NCBI GenBank assembly: GCA_948466315.1
Contig: CAOJZZ010000002.1
Location: forward strand, 3,700 to 67,699
DNA: 64,000 bases
Source of the DNA: an uncultured Mycoplasmatota bacterium
GTDB lineage: Bacteria > Bacillota_I > Bacilli_A > RF39 > UBA660
Direction: 5' to 3'
This document shows, one piece after another, positions 23,596 to 33,109 of this stretch (the first letter of the stretch is position 1; each line of letters starts with the position of its first letter). The position numbers and the translations under genes are program-made. Below the pieces are notes generated by a model. It made no database searches, was not told the origin of the DNA, and saw nothing but the letters and a program-made list of their open reading frames with translations.

Positions 23596-25935
23596 ATGGG
23601 TAGTTTTTCTTTTCAAATAGTTAGTATTTTCTATATGGTATTAATGTCATTTGTTTATTTTGGAAAAAAGAAGTTTGATACTTTAGAGAATAGGATATAT
23701 AGTATTTTGATTGTTATTATGTATATAACATTATTTACAGATATTTCAAGTGTTTATTTAGCTTTATTAGATGTTACAAATCCATTAACTAATGTTTTGT
23801 GTAAACTTTATTTGGTTTCTATTATTGCTTGGGTGTATACTTTTACTTATTATATTTTTGTAATTTCATCGAGTAAAAATGATGGAAAAATTATAGGTGA
23901 TGATAATGATAAGTATTGTTACTTTGAGAAAATATTGATTATTTTTGTTTGTTTGTTTCTGATATCGTCTTGTTTGGTTTTACTTTTACCACTTAATATT
24001 TTTAGTGATGGTTCTATTATGTATACTTATGGTATTAGTGCTATTGTGAGTTATTCTTTTGCAGGAGTTTGTGTTTTATCTTGGGGAATGTTTATTTTTT
24101 CAAATATAAATGGAATAAAAAATAAGAAATATATTCCAGTATTTTTATTTGTTTTTTTAGCTATTTTAGCAATTTGTATTCAGTCTTATCATAAAGAAAT
24201 ATTACTTGTGTCTTCAGTGGCTGCATTTATTACTATTTTGACATATTTCACTATCGAAAACCCTGACATAAAAATGATTGAGCAATTAGAAATTGCTAAA
24301 GTTCAAGCTGATAGAGCGAATAATGCTAAGACTGAATTTTTATCTAGTATGTCCCATGAAATTAGAACTCCTCTTAATGCAATAGTTGGTTTTAGTGATT
24401 GTATTTCCTCAGCTAATTCTTTAGAAGAAGCAAAAGAGAATGCTAAAGATATAGTAAGTGCTTCTAATACATTACTTGAAATAGTTAATGGTATATTAGA
24501 TATTTCTAAAATAGAGGCTGGTAAATTAGAGATAGTTAATGCTCCATATAAATCTAAAAAAATTTTTGAAGAGCTGGCTAAGTTAATTACTCCTAGAATG
24601 GATGAGAAGGGACTTGATTTCTCATATTATATAGCTTCTGATTTACCAGAAGTACTTTATGGAGATTATGCTAGTTTAAAAAAAGTTATTACTAATCTTT
24701 TGAGTAATGCTTGTAAATATACTGATACTGGTTTTGTTAAGTATGAGGTGAATTGTGTTAAATTAAAAGATGTTGTTAAATTAATTATAACTGTAGAAGA
24801 TTCTGGTAGGGGAATAAAAAAAGAAAGTGTTGATAAATTATTTACTAAATTTCAGAGATTTGATGAGGATAAGAATGCAACAATAGAGGGAACAGGTTTA
24901 GGACTTGCTATTACTAAGCAATTAGTTGAGTTAATGGGAGGAAAAATAATAGTTCATACTGTTTATGGTGAAGGTTCTAAGTTTACAATAGTTTTAGAAC
25001 AAAAAATTTCACATGAAGAGATTGTTGATAAGAAACAAGAAATAAATGAATCTTTAGACTTGTTTGATGTAAAAATATTATTAGTTGATGATAATGAATT
25101 GAACTTGAAGGTAGCTAAAAAATTATTAGAAAAATATAAAGCTAATAAAATAGTTAGTGTTAATAGTGGGGGTGTATGTTTAGAAAAAGTTAAATCAGAT
25201 AAATTTGATGTTATTTTACTTGATGGAATGATGCCTAAAATGAATGGTGTAGAGACATTGAAAAAATTAAAAGAAATAGATGGTTTTAATACTCCAGTTG
25301 TAATACTAACAGCTAATGCTATAACTGGTATGAGAGAGAAGTATATTCAAGATGGTTTTGATGATTATTTAGCTAAACCAATAGAAAAAGAAGAACTTAT
25401 TAGAGTTATGAATAAAGTATTAGATAAAGATTCAAGAGCTAAATCTAGTTTAGTAAGTGATAAACATTGTGAAGTTACAATTTCTACTAATAATAACTTA
25501 GAAGTAGCAGATAATAATAAAGATAGCTCTTTAGTAGAAAATAATTCAATAGATTCAGATAATACAATATCTAATGAGAAATTTTTAAGAGATAATGGTG
25601 TTGATTTAGATTATGCTATATCTTTACTGGGTGATATGGAAATGTATAATTCAACTATAGTAGATTTTTTAAAGGAAGTAAAAGAAAAATGGAATAATAT
25701 AGTTTTCTATAAAGAAAAAAATGATATGGATAATTATGCAATAGAGGTACATTCTTTGAAGAGTGATGCTAAATATTTAGGATTTATGAAGCTTGCGGAT
25801 ATAGCATATCAACATGAATTAAAGAGTAAAGAGAAAAATTCAGAATTTGTTAATAGTCATTTTTCTGAATTAGAGGATGAATATAATAAAATTATTAAAA
25901 TTAGTGAAGAGTATGTTAAATTAAATAAACTATAA
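23596..25935 (+). CDS. Hybrid sensor histidine kinase (polytopic sensor - HisKA - HATPase - REC - HPt)
   Basis: H-box SHEIRTPLNAI, N-box NLLSNACKYT, G-boxes DSGRGI and GTGLGLAITK. Receiver: LLVDDNELN..DVILLDGMMPKMNG..LTANA..K. C-terminal HPt: EVHSLKSDAKYLG. AGGTG RBS before the ATG at 23596. Confidence 0.85.
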   Translation: MGSFSFQIVSIFYMVLMSFVYFGKKKFDTLENRIYSILIVIMYITLFTDISSVYLALLDVTNPLTNVLCKLYLVSIIAWVYTFTYYIFVISSSKNDGKIIGDDNDKYCYFEKILIIFVCLFLISSCLVLLLPLNIFSDGSIMYTYGISAIVSYSFAGVCVLSWGMFIFSNINGIKNKKYIPVFLFVFLAILAICIQSYHKEILLVSSVAAFITILTYFTIENPDIKMIEQLEIAKVQADRANNAKTEFLSSMSHEIRTPLNAIVGFSDCISSANSLEEAKENAKDIVSASNTLLEIVNGILDISKIEAGKLEIVNAPYKSKKIFEELAKLITPRMDEKGLDFSYYIASDLPEVLYGDYASLKKVITNLLSNACKYTDTGFVKYEVNCVKLKDVVKLIITVEDSGRGIKKESVDKLFTKFQRFDEDKNATIEGTGLGLAITKQLVELMGGKIIVHTVYGEGSKFTIVLEQKISHEEIVDKKQEINESLDLFDVKILLVDDNELNLKVAKKLLEKYKANKIVSVNSGGVCLEKVKSDKFDVILLDGMMPKMNGVETLKKLKEIDGFNTPVVILTANAITGMREKYIQDGFDDYLAKPIEKEELIRVMNKVLDKDSRAKSSLVSDKHCEVTISTNNNLEVADNNKDSSLVENNSIDSDNTISNEKFLRDNGVDLDYAISLLGDMEMYNSTIVDFLKEVKEKWNNIVFYKEKNDMDNYAIEVHSLKSDAKYLGFMKLADIAYQHELKSKEKNSEFVNSHFSELEDEYNKIIKISEEYVKLNKL

Positions 25936-26400
25936 AGTATTTATTAGATAAATAGTTATTGAAAGAATAGTTGCGAAGAGGGAAAGAAGTATATAAGGGT
26001 CTAGGAACTTAATACTTTTTTCTTTTAAATACGATGTTTCTTGATATAAATATAGACAACTAATAAAAGTAGCAAGGCAGCTTATAAAACCTAGGAATAA
26101 GTTTTTTAGACCAAAGAATACTAGTGTAAAGCTTTGATTAAATAAATAATTTATAAGTAAGGCTAATTTATATGATTTTGGAATATTTTTAAACTTGTTA
26201 TTTAAAAATATTTGACTGATAGTTACAGTAATAGAAAGATAGATAATGGTCCAAGCGATGGCATAAAAAATACTTGGTGGGGCGAAAAATGGTAGATTAA
26301 TTTCTTGATAAAAAGAATAATCAACAGGAATTAAGGAACTAAAAAACCAGGGTATTAAACATAAGATATAAATAAATATTTTTTTAAACAAGATAATCAC
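25930..26400 (-). CDS. TspO/MBR-family membrane protein
   Basis: Five TM segments. FFAPPSIFYAIAWTIIYLSI resembles the TspO signature. Confidence 0.55.
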   Translation of the reverse strand: MIILFKKIFIYILCLIPWFFSSLIPVDYSFYQEINLPFFAPPSIFYAIAWTIIYLSITVTISQIFLNNKFKNIPKSYKLALLINYLFNQSFTLVFFGLKNLFLGFISCLATFISCLYLYQETSYLKEKSIKFLDPYILLSLFATILSITIYLINTL

Positions 26401-26458
26401 CTCTTTTAATATTTTATGTTTTAGTATATAATATTATTAGTAATTTTGGAGGAGAAAT

Positions 26459-27613
26459 ATGAAAACAGAGATTACGTTAGATGATAAAAATATTATTGTT
26501 ATGAAATTACTTCATTACTTTATTACAGAAAAGAATTATAATCCTATTATACTTCAAGGAGTAGAAAATGAGATCTGGTTAGAAAACTTGAATGAAGATT
26601 ATAAGGTTATTCGTATTGTATCTGCTTATATTCATAATGATGAGCAATTTGCTTTTGATCGTTTTAAGACTAAACGAATAATGAAGAAAATTAAGCATAA
26701 GACTTTATCATTTAGTATGAATGTTTTAAGTATATTTTTAGATTTGGGTGATAATGTAGAGAATTATTTGGAGGAGAATCCTAATCTTTTATGTGTAAAG
26801 GTTAAAGATGAGGATGATTTAAAAAAGAGTACAGTTATTAAGCGTATTTTTCCTGATTTAGATACTAATTTAAAGTATCCAGAGAAGGGAATTGATTTAT
26901 TTGTAAAAATTACTAACGATATTAATAAGCATAATAAAGAAGATGCTAGTAAGATTGAGAAAGTATTTAGAAGTAAGTTTCCAATGATTACTTATATGTT
27001 AATTGCGATGAATGTTATCTTTTATGTAGTTCCTTTATTATTTGGTCAATATGGTAATATTATTGAACAATTTTGTATTCATGGTCCAAGTATTAGAGCT
27101 GGTCAATATTATCGATTAATTACAGGTATTTTTTTACATGGTAATTTATTGCATTTGACTTTTAATTGTTATGCTTTATATGTAATTGGCGGACAATTAG
27201 AAAGTTTTTTAGGAAAAGTTAAGTTTTTAATAATTTATTTAATTGGTGGATTATCAGGAGCTTTGTTTTCAATGATATTTGGTGGTAATTATGCTTCTAT
27301 TGGAGCAAGTGGTGCTATCTTTGGATTGATGGGATCTTTAGTTTATTTTGGGTATCATTATCGTGTTTATTTAGGAAATGTTATTAAGAGTCAGATTATT
27401 CCTTTAATTATTACAAATTTACTTTTAGGATATTTAATGTCAGGAATAGATAATTCGGCACATATTGGTGGTTTAATAGGTGGTGCGATTATTACAGTAG
27501 CTTTAGGTATTAAAGATAAAAGTAGTACTTTTGAAAAGATTAATGGGTGGATTATTACAGCAATTTTTTTAGTTTTTGCAATTTATATGGCATTTATTTA
27601 TGTTATAAGGTGA
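26459..27613 (+). CDS. Rhomboid-family intramembrane serine protease with cytoplasmic N-terminal domain
   Basis: FLHGNLLHLTFN (H..N) and catalytic GASGAIFGLMG, plus AHIGGLIGG. Confidence 0.85.
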   Translation: MKTEITLDDKNIIVMKLLHYFITEKNYNPIILQGVENEIWLENLNEDYKVIRIVSAYIHNDEQFAFDRFKTKRIMKKIKHKTLSFSMNVLSIFLDLGDNVENYLEENPNLLCVKVKDEDDLKKSTVIKRIFPDLDTNLKYPEKGIDLFVKITNDINKHNKEDASKIEKVFRSKFPMITYMLIAMNVIFYVVPLLFGQYGNIIEQFCIHGPSIRAGQYYRLITGIFLHGNLLHLTFNCYALYVIGGQLESFLGKVKFLIIYLIGGLSGALFSMIFGGNYASIGASGAIFGLMGSLVYFGYHYRVYLGNVIKSQIIPLIITNLLLGYLMSGIDNSAHIGGLIGGAIITVALGIKDKSSTFEKINGWIITAIFLVFAIYMAFIYVIR

Positions 27614-27704
27614 TAATCATTATAGAATAAATAAAAAATATCTTTGTTGTAATTAATAGTAGGAAATGATAAAATTATATGTATAATAAAAGTGAGGTGA
27701 TTTT

Positions 27705-27959
27705 ATGTCACAAGAGGCGACTAGCTTATTTAAGGTAGCTGATTTAGATGCAGCACTTACAAATGTTATTTTGAAAGAAGTATATGAATCTTTAGAAGAT
27801 CGAGGCTATAATCCTATTAATCAGATTGTTGGTTATCTTATTAGTGGGGATCCTGGCTATATTTCTAGTTATAAAGATGCTAGAAGTAAAATTCAAGAAG
27901 TAGATCGTGCTAAAATTGTAGAGATTTTACTGACTGAATTCAGGAAAAATAATAAATGA
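27705..27959 (+). CDS. IreB-family regulatory phosphoprotein (UPF0297, YrzL-like)
   Basis: 84 aa. YNPINQIVGYLISGDPGYISSYKDAR is the family signature. Sits upstream of ruvX as in Bacillus. Confidence 0.8.
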   Translation: MSQEATSLFKVADLDAALTNVILKEVYESLEDRGYNPINQIVGYLISGDPGYISSYKDARSKIQEVDRAKIVEILLTEFRKNNK

Positions 27960-28372
27960 GATATTTAGGATTAGATTTAGGAAGTAAAACATTAGGAATA
28001 GCAGTTAGTGATCCAACAGGACTTATTGCTTCTTCTTATAAAACACTTAAACATAATGAAGAATACGATTCTTTGGTAGAAGAAGTAAAAAAAATAGTAG
28101 TTTTATTAAATATCGAGGGAGTGGTTTTAGGTTTTCCTAAGAATATGAATAATAGTGTTGGTTATAAGGGAGAGCTTAGTTTAGAATTTAAAAAAAAGTT
28201 AGAAAAAGTTATATCTATTCCTATATATTTACAAGATGAAAGATTAACGACAAAGAGTGCTACTGATGTTTTGCTTATGGGAAATGTTTCAAGAAAAAAT
28301 AGGAAAAAAGTAGTTGATTCAGTAGCAGCTACTATAATCTTACAAGCATTTTTAGATAAGGAAGGAAGATAG
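27956..28372 (+). CDS. ruvX: Holliday-junction resolvase-like nuclease RuvX (YqgF/YrrK)
   Basis: MRYLGLDLGSKTLGIAVSD start, DERLTT motif, 138 aa. Confidence 0.85.
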   Translation: MRYLGLDLGSKTLGIAVSDPTGLIASSYKTLKHNEEYDSLVEEVKKIVVLLNIEGVVLGFPKNMNNSVGYKGELSLEFKKKLEKVISIPIYLQDERLTTKSATDVLLMGNVSRKNRKKVVDSVAATIILQAFLDKEGR

Positions 28373-28373
28373 T

Positions 28374-28667
28374 ATGAAAAAGAACACATTTACGATGGTT
28401 GATGATAATGGTAATCAGATAGTTTGTGATGTATTATTTACATTTGAAAGTGAGGAAACAAATAAAAATTATATTGTTTATACAACAAATGAGAAAGATG
28501 AGACTGGTAGTACAGAAGTTTATGCTTCTATTTATGATCCAGAAGATCCACATAGTAAGTTGGAACCTGTTGAGACAGAAAAAGAGTGGAAAGTAATTGA
28601 AACGATTTTAGATACATTACAAGAAGAAGTGAGAAAGAAAGCAGAGAATGTGAGTGATGACCAATAG
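28374..28667 (+). CDS. DUF1292-family protein (YrzB-like)
   Basis: Small acidic protein (DDNGNQIVCDVLFTFESEETNKNYIVYT) in the conserved position after ruvX. Confidence 0.7.
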   Translation: MKKNTFTMVDDNGNQIVCDVLFTFESEETNKNYIVYTTNEKDETGSTEVYASIYDPEDPHSKLEPVETEKEWKVIETILDTLQEEVRKKAENVSDDQ

Positions 28668-28692
28668 CTTTTATTTTTGTTGGAGGTAATCT

Positions 28693-29763
28693 ATGGTAGT
28701 AAGACGAAGAGCTAAACCATTACTGATTGTAATAATTATTTTAAGTATTTTAGTAGTGTTTGCTACAGGAATTGTTTGTACTTACTTATACTTTGTAGGT
28801 CCTGTTGATACTAGTAGTAAGGCAAATATTGAGGTTATTATACCTAGTGGTACTAGTACGAATACTATTGCTACGATACTTAAGAAAAAAAGATTAATAA
28901 AAAATGAATTCTTTTTTAAGATGTATATAAAATTAAATAATGTTAATTCTTTAAAAGCCTCTACTTATGTTATGAGGCAAAATATGTCATTAAAGGAAAT
29001 TATTGCAGTGTTAGAGAAGGGGAGCTCTCCTAATGTTAGAATTACATTTAAAGAGGGAGTTCGTCTTAGTGAGTATGCTAGAGAAATTGCTAAGAATACC
29101 AATTGTGATTATGAAGAGGTTATTGATACTTTAAAGAATAAAGACTATATCAATAAACTAATAGACAAGTATTGGTTTTTAACAGAAGATATTTTAGATG
29201 ATGATATTTATTATCCTTTAGAGGGGTATTTGGCTCCTGATACATATCATTTTGAGAGTATGAATGTTGAACTTGAGAAAATTATTGAGACTATGTTAGA
29301 TGAGACAGAGAAAAAATGGGAAAGATATCGAAATGTTCTTCAGAATAATATTCATCAATATATAACAATGGCTTCATTGGTAGAATTAGAGGGTACTAAT
29401 ACAGATAACCGTAAAACATTAGTGGGGATTTTTAATAATCGATTAGAGCGTAATATGAATTTAGGTAGTGATGTTACGACTTATTATGCTTTACAATATC
29501 CTATGGATAAAGATTTAACAACTGCTCAGTTTGCGACTGATAATCCTTATAATACAAGAGCAACTTCTATGAAGGGAAAAATGCCAATTGGACCAATATG
29601 TAATCCTTCAATTTCTAGTATAGAGGCCAGTGTTTATCCTACTAAAAGTAGTTATTTGTATTTTGTAGCTGATAAACATGGAAATATATATTATACACGT
29701 ACTTTGGCTGAACATAATGCTAAAGTATTAGAAATAAAAGAAAAAGGTGACTGGATATGGTAA
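28693..29763 (+). CDS. mltG: Endolytic murein transglycosylase MltG (YceG/YrrL)
   Basis: N-terminal TM, YceG-like domain (LEGYLAPDTY, ASLVELE, NPYNTR..G.PIGPICNP). Confidence 0.85.
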   Translation: MVVRRRAKPLLIVIIILSILVVFATGIVCTYLYFVGPVDTSSKANIEVIIPSGTSTNTIATILKKKRLIKNEFFFKMYIKLNNVNSLKASTYVMRQNMSLKEIIAVLEKGSSPNVRITFKEGVRLSEYAREIAKNTNCDYEEVIDTLKNKDYINKLIDKYWFLTEDILDDDIYYPLEGYLAPDTYHFESMNVELEKIIETMLDETEKKWERYRNVLQNNIHQYITMASLVELEGTNTDNRKTLVGIFNNRLERNMNLGSDVTTYYALQYPMDKDLTTAQFATDNPYNTRATSMKGKMPIGPICNPSISSIEASVYPTKSSYLYFVADKHGNIYYTRTLAEHNAKVLEIKEKGDWIW

Positions 29764-30362
29764 ATGACTATGGTGTAATTAAAGAGATAAAAGATTATGC
29801 AGATATTAATAATGTACCAATTATGACAAGTGAGGGAATTTCTTATATTACTAATTATATTGTTAAACATCAAGTAACAGAGATTTTAGAGATAGGAACA
29901 GCTATTGGTTATTCGGCTATTATGATGGCTTTATCTTCTAGTGATGTTCATATTACAAGTATTGAGCGAGATGAGAAAAGGTACTTAGAAGCTTTAAAAA
30001 ATATTAAAAAATTAGAATTGGAAGATAGAATAGAATTAATTTATAATGATGCTTTTGATGTTAATTTAGATGGTACTTTTGATTTAATATTAATAGATGC
30101 AGCAAAAGCACAAAATATTAAATTTTTTGAAAAATTTGAACGTAATTTAAAACAAACAGGTGTTATAATTACAGATAATTTGAATTTTCATGGTTTAGTA
30201 GATAAAGATGAAGAATCTATTAAAAGTAAGAATTTAAGAGCTTTAGTAAGAAAAGTAAAAGACTATATTACCTTTTTAAAAAATAATAAAGATTATGAAA
30301 CAGAATTTTTAGATATTGGAGATGGACTTTCTGTTAGCAAATTAAAGAAATCATTGGAGTGA
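29757..30362 (+). CDS. trmR: SAM-dependent O-methyltransferase, TrmR/YrrM-like (tRNA 5-hydroxyuridine methyltransferase)
   Basis: LEIGTAIGYSAI SAM-binding motif, DLILIDAAK, conserved position after mltG. Confidence 0.7.
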   Translation: MVNDYGVIKEIKDYADINNVPIMTSEGISYITNYIVKHQVTEILEIGTAIGYSAIMMALSSSDVHITSIERDEKRYLEALKNIKKLELEDRIELIYNDAFDVNLDGTFDLILIDAAKAQNIKFFEKFERNLKQTGVIITDNLNFHGLVDKDEESIKSKNLRALVRKVKDYITFLKNNKDYETEFLDIGDGLSVSKLKKSLE

Positions 30363-30366
30363 TTCT

Positions 30367-31110
30367 ATGTATGATAGCCATACAAAATTATTTAATAATA
30401 ATAGTAAATTTATGAGAATCATTATAATATTAGTAATTACTATTGGAATAGGTCTAGTTACTTTTTTTATAGTTAATCGTTTTTTTAATAAGAATAAGAC
30501 TATTGATTATCAAGAGTTTTTAGAAAATCCTGAAAAAGATATTGTATATTCAAGTGAAGATTCTACTATAAAAGATAATGATATAGTTCCAGTTATTAAT
30601 ATTAGGAATAATAGTGTAGAAAAAATAAATGAAAAAATTATGAATAGTTATCAGGATTATTTAGGTAAATTTACAGATGGTTTTACTTATCAATATAATG
30701 TATCTGGCAAAATTTTATCTATTTTGATAAAATCAAGTCAAAGATATCATGATGCTACACATTTTGATTTTGTTTATCAGACTTATAATTTAGATTTGGA
30801 AGATTTTCATTTGCTTACTGAAAAAGAACTTTTTGAGATGTTTAATTTGAAATCAGAAAAAGTTGATTATTTTATTGCTTATAAATTTATGAATTATTAT
30901 AATGATTTAGTAGATAAAAAATATTTTTCTGAGAGTGCGTGTGATTTTTCTTGTTTTTTGGATTCTAAGGGAGTTATAGATTTTTTATTAGATAATCATT
31001 ATTATATTAGAGATAATCATTTAGAGGTTTATAAGTATTTTAATATATTTACGGAGTATAAAGAGCAGAATTATTTTACAGAAGATTCCTTCCGTTTTGT
31101 TATTACTTAG
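30367..31110 (+). CDS. Membrane-anchored hypothetical protein, paralog A (possibly DUF4163/DUF3298 RsiV/PdaC-like ectodomain)
   Basis: N-terminal TM. Paralogous to 33110-33835: shared blocks IVPVINI/EIPYINM, YxYxV/I.G.ILS, CD(F/Y)(S/N)CFL, F(R/K)FVI at the C-terminus. Confidence 0.5.
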   Translation: MYDSHTKLFNNNSKFMRIIIILVITIGIGLVTFFIVNRFFNKNKTIDYQEFLENPEKDIVYSSEDSTIKDNDIVPVINIRNNSVEKINEKIMNSYQDYLGKFTDGFTYQYNVSGKILSILIKSSQRYHDATHFDFVYQTYNLDLEDFHLLTEKELFEMFNLKSEKVDYFIAYKFMNYYNDLVDKKYFSESACDFSCFLDSKGVIDFLLDNHYYIRDNHLEVYKYFNIFTEYKEQNYFTEDSFRFVIT

Positions 31111-31126
31111 TAAGGGAGGTTTTAGT

Positions 31127-32194
31127 TTGAGTTATTTGCAGTTACTTAATTGTACAGGTAAGATGTCTACTTGTTGTAGTGATTATGGTTTAGCTAGAAT
31201 ATTATCTATTTTTAAAAGTGTGTTTTCTCTTATTCAGATGATTGCTCCTATTGTGCTTATAGTGATGCTTACTTTTCAACTTACAGCAATGGTTGTTAAT
31301 CCTGATGAGAAGAAGAATATGAAAAGGTTTATAAATAAATTTATGGCAGCTTTTGCTATATTTAGTTTGCCAACTACTGTTAATGTTATCTTAGGAATTG
31401 TACCTTCTAGTTATGAGCTTTTTTCTTGTTGGAAGTCAGCAGGTGAGGTTGATAATATCATTAAAGCTAATAAATCTATTTATATTAGGGCTAATAAAAG
31501 TAAAGCTAAAGATATTTTGAATGATCCTAGTAAGTATGAAAAAGGTAATCCTAAGAAGGATAAGGATAAAAATAAACCTAGTAAGAGTAAAGGTGATGGT
31601 TCTATTTTACTAATTGCTGGTCATTCTTATCCGCCATATTGTAGTACTGGTGGTAAGGCTGATTGTCGTGGAATGGCTGCTTCTGGATATGATGAAACTG
31701 ATCAGACTAGAATTTTGGTAAAACTTATTAAGAGTGAATTAGATAAATTGGGGGTTAAATCTGATATAGCTAATGCCTTAATGGCAGGGGATAACGATAA
31801 AATGAATAAGTCTTTTTATATTGAGTGTAGCTTAGGAACAGCTTTATGTAATAAATATGATTGGGGTAAATATAAGTTTGTTTTAGAGATTCATTTTAAT
31901 GCTTCTGGAGCTGGTACAGCCTCTGGTACGATGCTTGTTAAAAATACAGCTGGTTATAGTACACCAGCTGATCAAGATATAGTTGATGCAGTTGTTAAAA
32001 ATACTGGTCATAGAAGGTATGGCGATTATGTTACTGGGATTGCTAATATTAGTTATTTTCAAAATAAAAAAGTACCAATTACTTATTTAGAGACAGAATT
32101 TTATGATAATGGTAATGCGATGAAAACTTATACTAGTAAAAAAGAGATTATTGCTAAGGATATTGCTAAGGCTATAAAAAAACATTATGGATAA
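31127..32194 (+). CDS. Fusion protein: VirB2-like two-TM domain + N-acetylmuramoyl-L-alanine amidase (Amidase_3-like)
   Basis: AGGGAGG RBS 7 nt before the TTG at 31127. N-terminal SYLQLLNC..IAPIVLIVM..NPDEKK..AAFAIFSLPTTVNVILGIV..CWKSA. C-terminal LLIAGHS..YDETD..LEIHFNAS..YLETEF pattern of zinc amidases. Confidence 0.6.
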   Translation: MSYLQLLNCTGKMSTCCSDYGLARILSIFKSVFSLIQMIAPIVLIVMLTFQLTAMVVNPDEKKNMKRFINKFMAAFAIFSLPTTVNVILGIVPSSYELFSCWKSAGEVDNIIKANKSIYIRANKSKAKDILNDPSKYEKGNPKKDKDKNKPSKSKGDGSILLIAGHSYPPYCSTGGKADCRGMAASGYDETDQTRILVKLIKSELDKLGVKSDIANALMAGDNDKMNKSFYIECSLGTALCNKYDWGKYKFVLEIHFNASGAGTASGTMLVKNTAGYSTPADQDIVDAVVKNTGHRRYGDYVTGIANISYFQNKKVPITYLETEFYDNGNAMKTYTSKKEIIAKDIAKAIKKHYG

Positions 32195-32233
32195 AAGTAA
32201 TATCCTGTGATAGAATATGGTCAGGTGATTAAT

Positions 32234-33097
32234 GTGTCATATTTTCAAATACTTACTTGTAATAATACACTTGGTACTTGTTGTAGTGATTATGGTTTAG
32301 TAAATATTTTAAATATTATTCATACTGTTTTTGTTTTTATACAAATTATTGTACCTATTTTATTATTAGTTATGGTTGTTTTTCAATTTACTAATTTAGT
32401 TATTAATCCTGATATGAAAAATGGTTTAAAGAAGGTTACTAATAAATTTATAGCAGCAGTAATTATTTTCTTGTTACCAGTGTTTGTTGATGTATTATTG
32501 AATATTTTACCTGTTAGTAAGTCTTTTCAGGTTGCAACCTGTTGGAAGAGTGCTAAGTCTTCTGCGGAGGTTTTAAGATCTAAAAGGACTGTTTATATTG
32601 ATCCTAAAACTGGTAAAAAGAAAGTTAATGTTTTAATTAGTCCAGGGCAATATAAACCTGGTAAAGATAAAAAGGAAAGTAGTGGGAATAATAAAATAAC
32701 TGGTACAGCTAGGGGTAAGGCTATTGTTGATTATGCTAAAAGTTTTGTAGGAAAACCTTATATATATGGAGGTAGTTGGAATGGTGAGATTCCATATATG
32801 GGAACAGATTGCAGTGGTTTTGTACAAGGCGTATTTAAACATTTTGGAATAAATCTTACTAGGACTACAGATACACAATGGGCTGATACAGCTTCTTATA
32901 AATTAGTAAAACCACCTCAAAATATTCAAGCAGGAGACCTTGTTATGTATAATGGTCATGTAGCAATACTTACTGGTAACGGTAATGAAATTGTTCATGC
33001 TATGTCAAGTGATTCAGGTATTGTTGTTTCTTCCGATTATAGAACTAATTCTAATAAAGCTATACTTGGTATTATGAGAATTAATGGTGTTAATTAA
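32234..33097 (+). CDS. Fusion protein: VirB2-like two-TM domain + NlpC/P60 endopeptidase
   Basis: GTG at 32234 with AGGTGA RBS. N-terminal SYFQILTC..IVPILLLVM..NPDMK..AAVIIFLLPVFVDVLLNIL..CWKSA. C-terminal GKPYIYGG..GTDCSGFVQGVF..GDLVMYNGHVAIL (Cys-His NlpC/P60). Confidence 0.7.
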   Translation: MSYFQILTCNNTLGTCCSDYGLVNILNIIHTVFVFIQIIVPILLLVMVVFQFTNLVINPDMKNGLKKVTNKFIAAVIIFLLPVFVDVLLNILPVSKSFQVATCWKSAKSSAEVLRSKRTVYIDPKTGKKKVNVLISPGQYKPGKDKKESSGNNKITGTARGKAIVDYAKSFVGKPYIYGGSWNGEIPYMGTDCSGFVQGVFKHFGINLTRTTDTQWADTASYKLVKPPQNIQAGDLVMYNGHVAILTGNGNEIVHAMSSDSGIVVSSDYRTNSNKAILGIMRINGVN

Positions 33098-33109
33098 GGA
33101 GGAATTTAT

